NCBI GenBank assembly: GCA_963823665.1 | Contig: CAWGMQ010000008.1 | Span: 1,440,001-1,504,000, forward strand | Reading direction: 5' to 3' | From: an uncultured Planctomycetota bacterium | GTDB lineage: Bacteria; Planctomycetota; Planctomycetia; Isosphaerales; Isosphaeraceae | DNA: 64,000 nt | The notes under the pieces: generated by a model | Database searches by the model: none | The model's input: the letters and a program-made list of their open reading frames with translations, nothing else | Told to the model about the DNA's origin: nothing | Shown: positions 42,861-52,588 of the stretch, in pieces | Numbering within the stretch: the first letter of the stretch is position 1 | Layout of the letters: the number at the start of each line of letters is the position of its first letter | Position numbers and translations under genes: made by a program

Positions 42861-43367
42861 TTGAGAACAGCAGATACCGCCAGCACAAACGACGAAAGAG
42901 GCGAAGTATTCGAAACTCTAGTTTCTTATCTGTTCTCGAAGATACCGGGGGTCCCCCAGATCAGGCGAAATTCGACAAGCGTCTTTCGGTCCGAGGAACT
43001 CGACCTGGTCATTTGGAATGACAAGCATCCAAGGGGCCTGATCTCATTAAGTACGTGGATTCCAGTGGAATGTAAGAGTAGCCACAATCCAATTGGAAGC
43101 CACGAACTTCAGGCTTTTATCTCGAAGGTCGAGCGGAGGGCGTTGGACTTCGGCATCCTCGTCGCGTGGCACGGGATCACGGGAAATGCAGAAGCCTTGA
43201 CCGGCGCGCACGATCACGCTTCTGTCGCGCTAACCAAGGGTATCCGCATCATCGTCATCACCCGACAGGATATCGAAAATCTGGCTTCGACTGACGATTT
43301 GGTGGGGCTTATCCGCACGAGATTGTGTGACTTAATTATTAAGAGAAGCCCGCTGATTCTCGGTTAG
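42861..43367 (+). CDS. Mrr-type (Mrr_cat) restriction endonuclease; true start may be slightly upstream (frame open from 42816)
   Basis: RGEVFE, ELDLVIWND, VECKS, IGSHELQAF, GILVAWHGITG. Confidence 0.8.
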   Translation: MRTADTASTNDERGEVFETLVSYLFSKIPGVPQIRRNSTSVFRSEELDLVIWNDKHPRGLISLSTWIPVECKSSHNPIGSHELQAFISKVERRALDFGILVAWHGITGNAEALTGAHDHASVALTKGIRIIVITRQDIENLASTDDLVGLIRTRLCDLIIKRSPLILG

Positions 43368-43584
43368 TCGTAACTTTGATTCGACGCTCAGCGACCGGCG
43401 GCCGGTGGCCCGATTCCCAGCACGATAAAAACCCCGTCGTTTCTCGGACTCTCGCAAAACAGCACGCTCATCGAAAACACTCTGACGACCTGCGACAGTG
43501 GATGACCACAATGATCCTCGCATACTCGCTGCGTTCCTTCGCTCGCCCGTAGAGCAAGAAGGCTCCGCTCGACCCCATCGCACT

Positions 43585-43684
43585 GTTCGGCGCGGGTCTC
43601 TGACGCCGCCACACCCCCGACCGAAGGTCTCCGACCGTTCGGCGCGGGTCTCTGACCCCGCCGCACCCCCGACCGAAGGTCTCC
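43585..43684. repeat. Two tandem 48-nt REP-like units
   Basis: GTTCGGCGCGGGTCTCTGAC(G/C)CCGCC(A/G)CACCCCCGACCGAAGGTCTCC at 43585-43632 and 43637-43684. Confidence 0.85.
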
Positions 43685-43723
43685 AATACACTCGAAGCCA
43701 CCCGCTCTACACCGCCCTTCGCG

Positions 43724-44479
43724 TCAACGATTTTCACTGAGCCACACGCGAAGCTCTTCGGCCGAGTTGATGACGCGTTCCTTCTCCAACAGTCCGTCAG
43801 GTATCTCTTCCGGATTCGACCCCGTTGGCCGTCCCGTGGCCTTATTCACGACCCACCCGGTCTTGGGCGTTCGCACGTAGCCCTTGAAGAGCGACCTTTG
43901 GTCGCGCCCGAGGATTGCCGCCACGGCCCCGAACGTCGCCCTCTGATGATGTCGTTCGAGTGCGTCGAGAATTCCATCGAGCGTCAGTACCGGAGAATAG
44001 TCCTTCGTCTTGGGATCATCAGCCCGACGCGGCGAAGAACTCTCGAACTTGCGCGGGACGATCTCGGCTTTCTGCTTGGGCGGATCGATCTGAGCCACCG
44101 GCAATCGCTCCCCCTTCCCCGGGACGATCTCAACCACGACCCGTTCGGGCACGCGCGGCGGTGACTGCTCGTCACTGCGCTTCGACAGCCAGACCGTGAC
44201 GAGCACGGTGAGAATCGTCCCAGCCAGACCGATCATTGCTGCGAGAACGGTCGGCTCACCTAACCAACGCGGAAGTGTTCGTAGTGCCGTCTTCCGGGTG
44301 ACCGCATTCGAGGTGAACTCCGACGGGTAAGAGGATATGACCACCCGTCTTACCTCCGCTCGCCACATCGCGATCCTTTTTGTCTCATCTCGGACCTGTG
44401 GAAAAGCTAAAGCAAAGTAGCCGGGGCCTGGTGTACCGAGGTCCCCATCGGGCGCCCGTCGAACAACAATCGCCGTCAA
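43724..44479 (-). CDS. Single-TM protein with a small C-terminal domain reminiscent of alkyltransferase-like DNA-binding domains; start uncertain
   Basis: TM VLAAMIGLAGTILTVLVTVWL; RATFGAVAAILG...WVVNKATG. Confidence 0.5.
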   Translation of the reverse strand: MTAIVVRRAPDGDLGTPGPGYFALAFPQVRDETKRIAMWRAEVRRVVISSYPSEFTSNAVTRKTALRTLPRWLGEPTVLAAMIGLAGTILTVLVTVWLSKRSDEQSPPRVPERVVVEIVPGKGERLPVAQIDPPKQKAEIVPRKFESSSPRRADDPKTKDYSPVLTLDGILDALERHHQRATFGAVAAILGRDQRSLFKGYVRTPKTGWVVNKATGRPTGSNPEEIPDGLLEKERVINSAEELRVWLSENR

Positions 44480-44663
44480 CGTCGGCAGCGGTGGAGTGCT
44501 GCCCTGACATTCGCGGCTGATCCACCAAGCGCCTCGAACAACCGTTCGTCATTCGCCCTGAGGTCTGTGTATGGCGGCGACAAGGGCTGCAAAGCCCGCA
44601 CGAGATCGCCGTTGGAGATCAATGGATCGCGAAGGCTTCATCACTAACCACCGCCGCGCTCGC

Positions 44664-45956
44664 CTATTTCGGCACCGGCGTGGGCTGCTGGCCTTGCTTC
44701 TGCAAAGGCGCGGCCTTCCTCGTGCTGGCTTCCTTTTCCAGGTATTTGAGCCACTCTTTGTATTGCGGCGATTTGACAAAACGCGCGTAGTCGGGCACCG
44801 TGGTCAGGTCCATGAACGTCATGCCGAGCGTTTCATGGATCCTCTTGAGCCACGCCAGGGTTCTCATCGTCTAGATCGTCCTTGAGTGAAAGGCCAATGT
44901 GCAAAAAATAGGCCGGCTTGAACGTGGGCTCCTGTTCGACGACCAGCTTGCACAGCCGCTTGGCATCCGCGTGATCGCCGCGCTCCGTGGCGAGCGAAGC
45001 ACGCATGTAATTAAGATAGGGATCGCCGCCCACCAACTTGTCCAGCCGGTCGTAGCACTTCAGCACTTCCTCGGGCTTCTTGGTGAGGAAATAGTAATCG
45101 ATCAACTGCAAATCGAGGCAGGGATCGTTCGGAAATAGCGACCGGAATTCCTCGAGTGTCGCCAGATACACGTTTTGATCGGCTTCCTGCGCGGCCTGAG
45201 TCCGCAGCAGCATCACCATCTTCGCCTTCTTGGTCCCCGGCCGAAGCTCATCGAGCATTCGCAGCGCGTCTTTCTTTCTCCCCTGCGCCATCGCCTCGGA
45301 GATCGGCTGGATCTTGGGTAGGTCGAGAACGAAGTCCTGTTCCTTGCTCACAAGCTTCTCGAGAAACGAACGCGACTGCGAGGCGGCGGCGGGAAGAAGC
45401 GCGCGATGAACCGATTCGGTGAAGAACTCCCCTGTGGCATAAAGGTAGAGGTCGCTGGCGCGGATCTTGTGGTCCGGGCCTTGCTTTACGATGAACTCGA
45501 TATAGTTCACGCCTCGGCTCGCGGGGCCGAGCAATCGAAACATGACCACTTGCCGTCCGTGGCTGATCCGGGTCCGGAGAAAGTCGAATTGGCCGCCTGC
45601 CTTGGTATTCTGAATGAGTGAATCCGCGAAACCCACGTTAAGGGCCAACGCCTGCCTCATTTCCCGGATCCAGCCCGACACGACATTTGGAGGAGCGCCA
45701 AGATTTGCCGTCGCGGTCGCAAAGATCGCCTCCCAATCAATGAGCGAGTTCAAGGCTGTTTTATTTCCGGATGCAACAGCCTTCACGACTTCGCTCGCAT
45801 ACTGTTGACAGTCCTTCTCCGCGATCAGTTCCACCCGGGTTCTCGTTCGGGGCCGCCGGCAGACCGGCGGCCGCTTTCGGCGCAGTCGCAACCTCGGATT
45901 TCGGCTGCCCGCATCCCGGAAAGCCGGCAAACGCGACAGCTAGCAAACGAAGCATG
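44664..45956 (-). CDS. TPR-containing putative lipoprotein; apparent frameshifts near 45835 and 44865
   Basis: MLRLLAVAFAGFPGC lipobox; TPR-like helices in ORF 44833-45930; tail in ORF 44664-44867. Confidence 0.65.
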
Positions 45957-45989
45957 AGCCGATTAGACCATCTTCCGCAGCGCACGAGC

Positions 45990-48284
45990 TCACCTCTCAA
46001 TCCTCTGAATCACCTGCCCATTCTGCCCGTTCCAGATAAACAGCACGCTATCCGCCCCGCCCGCGGCGATGCGTGACCCATCGACCGATGCAGCCACACT
46101 GTACACGTAATCGCCCGCACCGCCAAAGCCGCGGGCGATCCCCCCGTTATCGGGGTTCCAGATGCGCACCTGAGTATCCCCAGACGCTCCCACCACCTCC
46201 GGCTTGCCCGCAATCCAGCGCACCGAAGTCACCTGCTTGCCCGCCGCCTGAAGTGTGCGAAGCTGGTCGCCCGACTGGAAATCCCAAACCTTGAGCACAT
46301 TGTCGCCACCGCCGGTCACCAGCTCCTTCCCATCCGATTTCCAGTCCACCGCCAGGACGTGGTGTGTGTGCCCTTCGTACGAGCGCAGCAGATTGCCGTC
46401 AGCAATATTCGTGACCTTCAAGAACTTATCCGCCGAGGCCGACGCGAGCTTCGTTCCATCCGGGCTGAAGCGGACCGAGAAGACCGTGTCGGAGTGAAGC
46501 AATGGCCACGACCGCCCGAGAAGTCCCTTGCCCACCTCCCACATCTTGACCTCACCCGAACGCGACGCATCCCCGCCGCCGGCGGCAATCAGACCGCCGT
46601 CCGGGCTGAAGTCGAGCGCCAGCACCCGCGAAACATGCGGACCCAGCGTCTTGTGCAGCGTCCAGACTCCGTCGAAACTCCACGTCTTCAGCGTGCCGTC
46701 GGCCGATGCCGAAACGATTGACCCCGCATCACGGAAGACAACTTTCTGAAGCGGCTGAATCGCAGCCCCGCCTGGCGCCGTGTGCCCGAATGCGATCACG
46801 CCCAGCCCCGTTGCGGTTTCCCACACCTTCAGGCCGCCCTTCGCGTCGCCGGTGACGATTCGATCGCCCCTGGGCGAGAACGCGACACTCCGCACCGGAG
46901 CATTGTGGCTGCCAAGCGTTCGAATCACCTTCCCGTCCAATCGCGCGATCAGCCGGGCGGTCTTGTCGGCGGAACCCGTCAAGATCGTCTGCCCGTCCGG
47001 GCTGACTGCGACGGTAAGTACAGGCCCCGCGTGACCGGTCGCCAGCGCAGCACCCTGCGCTTTGCCATCGGTCACGCCCCAGAGTCGAACGGTCCCGTCA
47101 TCGCCGCCGGTGACAATGGTGTGCCCGTCAGGCGAAAGCGCGAGCGCTCGCACCGCTCCCTTGTGACCGGAGAGCACGAGCGGTGACTTCGGCGAGGTCG
47201 TCACGCCCCAGATGCGCACTTTGCCGTCTTCGGAGGCCGAAGCAATCCGTGGGGCGGACACAGAGCTCGCGAGGACCGCCAGGTCTGTTACAGCAGCCGT
47301 GTGCCCGCGCAGCACCAGACGCTCGCGGCCATCAGCAGCATCGAGCCATCGAATGTTTCCATCCAGGGCGCCCGAGAATAGCGTCGTCCCGCCGGCGGCA
47401 ATCGCCAGCGCCGTGACAGGCGTCGTCCCGCTCAACGTCCGAAGCATTTTGCCCTCGGCAAGATTCCACACGCGGATGGTCTTGTCCTGGCCTCCCGAGT
47501 AGGCCGAGAGACGGTCCGGCGCGACAGCGAGTGAAAGAACCGCTCCGGCGTGGCCGGCCATGGTTTTCGCTAAAAGCCCCGTCGGGACAGTCCAGATCGT
47601 GACGATCTGATAGCTTCCCGCGGCCAGATACCGGCTGTCGGGGCTATATCGCAAGGATTGAATCAGGTCCTTATGGCCTCCCAGCGACACGATCTCGAGC
47701 CCGGAGTCGACGTCATAGACTTGCACGGCATTTGCACGCCCGGCGGCGACACGCGTGCCGTCCGAAGTCATATCCACCGCATTGATCGGCTGCACGCCCG
47801 GCGGAAGATCGCCGAGCACGATCGTTTTGGGCGCCGCATTCCGGGGCTCGCCCTCGGTGGAATCATCGATCGCGCCCTGGTCGATCCACAACTTCAAAAG
47901 GCCGAGCTCGACCGGAGTCATCGGCTTGTTGGCCGGTTTGTCTTCCGGTGGCATCAAAGGAGCGACTCGGTGTGCGGCCATTTTGAACATCAGGCTCTCG
48001 TCCGCCTTTCCGCGCACAATCGCCGGCCCGCGCTTCCCTCCCTTCAGCATGCCCGCGACCGATTCAAGACTCAGCCCCTTCTCCGGGAGCACGGAGCCGT
48101 GGCATCCGGTGCACTTGTCCTCGAGCAGCTCGACAATCTCCTTGGAATAGCTGACCGGTTCCTTACGGCTGGAGACTTTTACTTCAATGGGCTTGAGATC
48201 CGACTTTGGCGCGGTCTGCGCGAACGCGGTGACTAAGGTGATACAAATCGCGATTCCAGCGGCGAGACCTGGTAAACGATTCAT
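45990..48284 (-). CDS. Planctomycete cytochrome c domain + WD40 repeat protein
   Basis: Signal peptide; CTGCH, MPP, WIDQGA; many GH...W WD40 repeats. Confidence 0.92.
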   Translation of the reverse strand: MNRLPGLAAGIAICITLVTAFAQTAPKSDLKPIEVKVSSRKEPVSYSKEIVELLEDKCTGCHGSVLPEKGLSLESVAGMLKGGKRGPAIVRGKADESLMFKMAAHRVAPLMPPEDKPANKPMTPVELGLLKLWIDQGAIDDSTEGEPRNAAPKTIVLGDLPPGVQPINAVDMTSDGTRVAAGRANAVQVYDVDSGLEIVSLGGHKDLIQSLRYSPDSRYLAAGSYQIVTIWTVPTGLLAKTMAGHAGAVLSLAVAPDRLSAYSGGQDKTIRVWNLAEGKMLRTLSGTTPVTALAIAAGGTTLFSGALDGNIRWLDAADGRERLVLRGHTAAVTDLAVLASSVSAPRIASASEDGKVRIWGVTTSPKSPLVLSGHKGAVRALALSPDGHTIVTGGDDGTVRLWGVTDGKAQGAALATGHAGPVLTVAVSPDGQTILTGSADKTARLIARLDGKVIRTLGSHNAPVRSVAFSPRGDRIVTGDAKGGLKVWETATGLGVIAFGHTAPGGAAIQPLQKVVFRDAGSIVSASADGTLKTWSFDGVWTLHKTLGPHVSRVLALDFSPDGGLIAAGGGDASRSGEVKMWEVGKGLLGRSWPLLHSDTVFSVRFSPDGTKLASASADKFLKVTNIADGNLLRSYEGHTHHVLAVDWKSDGKELVTGGGDNVLKVWDFQSGDQLRTLQAAGKQVTSVRWIAGKPEVVGASGDTQVRIWNPDNGGIARGFGGAGDYVYSVAASVDGSRIAAGGADSVLFIWNGQNGQVIQRIER

Positions 48285-48396
48285 ACGGTTTTCACTCGAT
48301 GCCAGACGCTCGTTTCGCGTGCTCGTCGAAAGAAAGTTGGCCAGCTTCGTCGAACCCGTAGCTTGCTATGCCAGCGTACCCCAGCTGCCGAGGACT

Positions 48397-48893
48397 TCAA
48401 ACCGACGTGTAGCGCATCAGCCAAGGCACCCGATCTCCGCATCCTCGCTTGCCAACTTTGTCAGCCGCTGTTGTTTCATCGTGGCGATGATAACAGCGTC
48501 GCCGGTCAACAGCCCGAATTGCTGACTTTAGTTTGCCGCGTTGAGCACGAGGTCCACACTTAGCGGAAGGACCTGTATGCCAAGTTGTGCGACGGTCACA
48601 ACTGCTTGTTGATAGAGGCTGAGATTGGGGATCTCAACGTAGTGTTTCTTGAGGCGCGCTGCCAATCGGGAAATAGGCCAACCGAGGCGCCCCATGGCTT
48701 CGATTGTCATGACACGATGCGCGACATCGGCCAGGCAGTGTGCTGAGGTTGAGCCCTCGATCTCGTTGAGTTCAATCCGCTCCACCAACGCGGTGCATGC
48801 CGCACCGAACTTGTCGTGGTTCGTGAAGTGATAGACGAGAGTATTCGCGTCGACAAATACCGCGTCGCCCCTCTGAATATCAGCAAAGGTCAT
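48397..48893 (-). pseudogene. PIN-domain (VapC-like) toxin interrupted by an in-frame TAA and a later frameshift
   Basis: VFVDAN; after TAA at 48528 the frame continues SQQFGLLTGDAVIIATM...LASED, then DRVPWLMRY* in another frame. Confidence 0.8.
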
Positions 48894-49102
48894 GGCGACC
48901 CCAACATACCGACATCCGGGTCGCGAAGTGCGCTCTCAAGTGATTCGGCATCGCCGGCCCATGGCACCATCCCGGCCGTTCTTCTCGCCAGGCTGGTTGC
49001 CGGCCGAACTGTAATTGTGACCTTTTCATGTTCCTTGAACGGCAAGGGTTCGATGGGTTTGAGCACGCCGTTCTCGTAGATGGCCTCGACGGTCAAAGTC
49101 AT
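48890..49102 (-). CDS. AF2212/DUF104-like antitoxin
   Basis: EAIYENGVLKP.EPL...E.EKV; ATGA overlap with the PIN gene. Confidence 0.85.
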   Translation of the reverse strand: MTLTVEAIYENGVLKPIEPLPFKEHEKVTITVRPATSLARRTAGMVPWAGDAESLESALRDPDVGMLGSP

Positions 49103-49198
49103 GCGTTCGGCTCCGGAACCACAATCGATCCTATTGCATTGAATATACCGCCAAAGCAGGCTCCCGCCAACTGCGGCTATCGAGGGATTTGGCGCTGC

Positions 49199-51745
49199 CT
49201 ACTTATCAATCACCACCCCCACCGGCTCATCCGCTTCAATCACTTCCCCCTTGATGCTCGCCGCCGCGCGCACGACCACCGGAATGGCATTCCCCGGAGG
49301 GCTATCCTTCGCGGCCTGGATCACCATTTTCGCCTCCGACTGGGCCGCATCGACCGAAACAGGTGCCGCACGGAGCCTCAGCGCCTCACCCGAGACCAGC
49401 GACAGCGAGATCGGCCCGGTGCATCCGTTCTGGCGAACGATCTTCACCTCGATCTCGAGCGAGCCGCCCTGCTTCAAATTGCCGCCTTTGTTGTTCACAG
49501 TCATGTTCACCGGTGCCGGACGCACCAGCACCGTGATCGGATTTGATGGCTCGATCAGGTTGATACTCGGCTTCTCCTTCGCCTTGGGATCCTTGTTGAA
49601 CGGATAAGCACCCGTACCGCGGAGGACAAACGTGTAAATACCCGGCGCCAGATTCTTGCCCATGAAGAAGGGGAAGAGCCCCGTCTTGGCCTCCTTGGCG
49701 ATTGGGACTGGGCAGGCCAGCGTCTCCGGAGGCAAGTCAGTCGCCGCAACCGAAACCGTTTCCGTGAAGCCCGCGCGGCGGGTCACGCTCACGTTCAGGT
49801 AGCAGAGCCGGCCTTGTGAAAGGACGATCGAGTCGGGCGCAGCGGTGAGGGCCAGAGCCGCCGGCTCGCCACGAACGGCGATCACAAACCCGTTTGAGAC
49901 CCGGGCCGGCGCGACTGCCGGCGCCGTCGGGCTCGGCGGCCAGATCATGCCGCCCGCGATGGCGATGCGCTCGAGCGATGGCCCCTGCGGCGAGACACCA
50001 GCAAGGAATTGAAGGTCGTCCTTGCGATCGCCGAACCGGCTCAGGCCGGCCATCGTCACTGTTCCCACCGCGTTCTGCGCATTCTCGGCGGCTTCGAACA
50101 CGATTGGCGCAATCACCTGATTGGCCCCGATCGTCACCCGAGCGGCGCTGACACCCGGCGGAAGCTCACGGGCCTCGACTCGAATGGGTCCGGCAAATCC
50201 ATCTCGGCGGATCGCCGCGACATACGCCGGCGTTCGCCCGCCCGCCCGAATTGTGACCGCGTCGGCACCGGCCGGACTGTTCGGCAGAAGAACAACGGAA
50301 AAGTCCGGTTGCTCGCGGCGAATCACCAGGCGATACACGAGCCGTGGATGTCCACGCTGAGAGGAATACAAGTCCGATATCAAGATCTGGTACAGCCCGT
50401 CTTCAGGCACCTGCCAGCGCACGGCGGCGTCGACGGTCTGCGTGTTGAATCGCGGGCCGGCCCCGGCATCCGGCAGGTCGTCGCCACTGGCGAGGTCCTG
50501 CGGCGGCTGCCCCTTGGCTCCCACTTTCTGGATCAGGAACGCCGGGTCGGCCATCGACCCGATCCGATCGGCCAGCGCCTCGATCCACCAGATCTCCCCC
50601 TTCTTGCCCTCGAATCGAAAGAGGTCGTTGTCGCCGCGCGGAGCAAATGTTCCGCTGATGTCGCACGGCGGAACAACCCTTTGCGCATGCGCATCATCAT
50701 CGTTCGGCTCGTGCTCGAGCACGACTGGGTTCATCGACCTCGCGACAAACAGCCGGTTCGACACCACGGGCATCGCCCCCGACGAGTTGATCCGCACGAA
50801 CCCGATAGCGACGCCCAGCCGCGGCACGGGTGCAGCCGGTGCGACAAAACTCCGCGCGGCCGCCGCGGAATCGCCCCCAAGAAGGGCCGCGTCGCGAATC
50901 GCCTGCGGCAATCTCAAACGCTCGAACTTATGGCCATCGGTTGCCAGCAGCGGGTCGACGAGAGCGCCCGGGCCCAAGCCCCGGCCGATCAACGTGAACT
51001 CCGGCGCCGCCCCGGGCCCGACTGCCGCCGGAAGCACCGCATCAAGCTGCGGCCCGTCATGAACAGTCAGACGATAGACGTGGTCGGGCGACCCTGCGAA
51101 GGTGGCGTCATGCACCTTGATGACGTACCGGCCGTCCGCCGGCAACGTCACGTCGAGGAACGGGTCGAGTCCGAAGACATCACGACTCTCCGCGAGCTCG
51201 GTCCCCGCGGGCGTCAAGATGCGGAGCGTCGCATCCAGCCGGCTGTCGATCCGTTCGGCCTCCAGATCAAAAAACAGCCGCTGACCTTTCTTGCCCTCGA
51301 GCGAGAAACAGTCGACGTCGGTTCTGCCATTGATCTCGCCGTGGATCACCGAGTTGACGAGGATCACGCCGGCCTGCTCGGGTGCGTTGTTCGGCTCAAT
51401 CTCGATTGATTCCGGCCGGTCGCCCACGACGATCGTCCGCGGGTTGCTCACGCCGTACGTTCCGATCGCCCGCAGGTCGTGATGCCCCAGCGGCACATCC
51501 GGCCCGGCCGAGATCCGGAAGGTCAGGTCCTTGACATGGACAGCATGGAGTCCCGGATGATCGAACCAGAGCCCGCTTGCCCCTTCCAGATCCGTTCCGC
51601 GCAGCGTGAGCTCGGCCGTCTCACCCGCGCGCACCCCGGGTCGCGACACACTGTTCAGCCGCGCCTGCGGATATTGAGCGAGGGCAACCGGTGAAAGCAC
51701 GGCGGAAGCCACCGCCCATTGCATCACAATCGCCAGCCTGCGCAC
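49199..51745 (-). CDS. Secreted PPC-domain (pre-peptidase C-terminal) repeat protein
   Basis: Signal peptide; EIEPNN / EHEPND, DVDCF / DNDLF, LPADGRY, YRL motifs. Confidence 0.88.
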   Translation of the reverse strand: MRRLAIVMQWAVASAVLSPVALAQYPQARLNSVSRPGVRAGETAELTLRGTDLEGASGLWFDHPGLHAVHVKDLTFRISAGPDVPLGHHDLRAIGTYGVSNPRTIVVGDRPESIEIEPNNAPEQAGVILVNSVIHGEINGRTDVDCFSLEGKKGQRLFFDLEAERIDSRLDATLRILTPAGTELAESRDVFGLDPFLDVTLPADGRYVIKVHDATFAGSPDHVYRLTVHDGPQLDAVLPAAVGPGAAPEFTLIGRGLGPGALVDPLLATDGHKFERLRLPQAIRDAALLGGDSAAAARSFVAPAAPVPRLGVAIGFVRINSSGAMPVVSNRLFVARSMNPVVLEHEPNDDDAHAQRVVPPCDISGTFAPRGDNDLFRFEGKKGEIWWIEALADRIGSMADPAFLIQKVGAKGQPPQDLASGDDLPDAGAGPRFNTQTVDAAVRWQVPEDGLYQILISDLYSSQRGHPRLVYRLVIRREQPDFSVVLLPNSPAGADAVTIRAGGRTPAYVAAIRRDGFAGPIRVEARELPPGVSAARVTIGANQVIAPIVFEAAENAQNAVGTVTMAGLSRFGDRKDDLQFLAGVSPQGPSLERIAIAGGMIWPPSPTAPAVAPARVSNGFVIAVRGEPAALALTAAPDSIVLSQGRLCYLNVSVTRRAGFTETVSVAATDLPPETLACPVPIAKEAKTGLFPFFMGKNLAPGIYTFVLRGTGAYPFNKDPKAKEKPSINLIEPSNPITVLVRPAPVNMTVNNKGGNLKQGGSLEIEVKIVRQNGCTGPISLSLVSGEALRLRAAPVSVDAAQSEAKMVIQAAKDSPPGNAIPVVVRAAASIKGEVIEADEPVGVVIDK

Positions 51746-51774
51746 CCGGCGATCGATGGCTCACGTTCGACATT

Positions 51775-52320
51775 TCACGGATCGCTCGGTCGCACAGGTC
51801 GTGAGGCCAGTCCGGCGGGCTGTGCGGCTCCCGGCTTGGTCGAGCCCGATTTCTTCCGACTGGCCGTTCGCGGCTTTGTCCGCGCCCGAGGGCCGTCGAG
51901 GCTCACCATCGACTTTACAGCCGGGCGCCGGCCGGCCGGAAGTTCAAAATAGGGCCCGATCTGCTCGAGCGTGACTGCGCCGAGCCCGCGCACCCTCGCG
52001 CGTGCGTCTTCCAGTGATTCGAACGGCCGGTCCTCTCGCGCCTTGACCCATCGATCCACCAATGCCGCGCCGACGTGCGGCAATGCGGTCAGCACCTGCG
52101 GCGGAACCGTGTTCGGATCGAGCCGCAGTCCAGGCACTGGGACGACAACCGTGTTTCGAGACGGTTGCGCGGCTCCGCCGCCGAAGCCCAGCCCCAGCGC
52201 TGCCGCGATCACCGCCGCCAGCAACACGAATCGCGCCTTGATCAGCGGGCCGGCAAACTGGCCGGCCTCCGCGCATCCCGGACGTGCTGATACTCGATTT
52301 TGTGGACGCGGGTCCACCAT
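51775..52320 (-). CDS. ComEA-like helix-hairpin-helix DNA-binding protein
   Basis: TM helix; LDPNT...LTALPHVG, RPFESLED, VRGLG. Confidence 0.8.
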   Translation of the reverse strand: MVDPRPQNRVSARPGCAEAGQFAGPLIKARFVLLAAVIAAALGLGFGGGAAQPSRNTVVVPVPGLRLDPNTVPPQVLTALPHVGAALVDRWVKAREDRPFESLEDARARVRGLGAVTLEQIGPYFELPAGRRPAVKSMVSLDGPRARTKPRTASRKKSGSTKPGAAQPAGLASRPVRPSDP

Positions 52321-52588
52321 GCTGCACATGCGTTTCGTAAAGCACGAAGCTATTTGATGTTACGTCATGTCGGCGTAGCCAGGTTCAGAGTACAATCGCG
52401 ATGGGTCTTGATCAAGCAGCAGGGGCTGCGGTTTACGCGCGGCCAAGGGCTGAAAGCCCGTGGCTATTAACCGATGCCCCCTTGGGGCATAATCTAAGTC
52501 ACGCAACATCAGAGAGCGCCAGCGAGGCACCGCTCCTGACACCAACCCGAAGCGCTAGCGAGGAAACGCACCTCAAGGAGTCGCATCC

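Noticed and set aside
43585..43684. Possible mini CRISPR array
   Set aside because: Only two 48-nt units separated by 4 nt, no spacers and no cas genes; REP-like.
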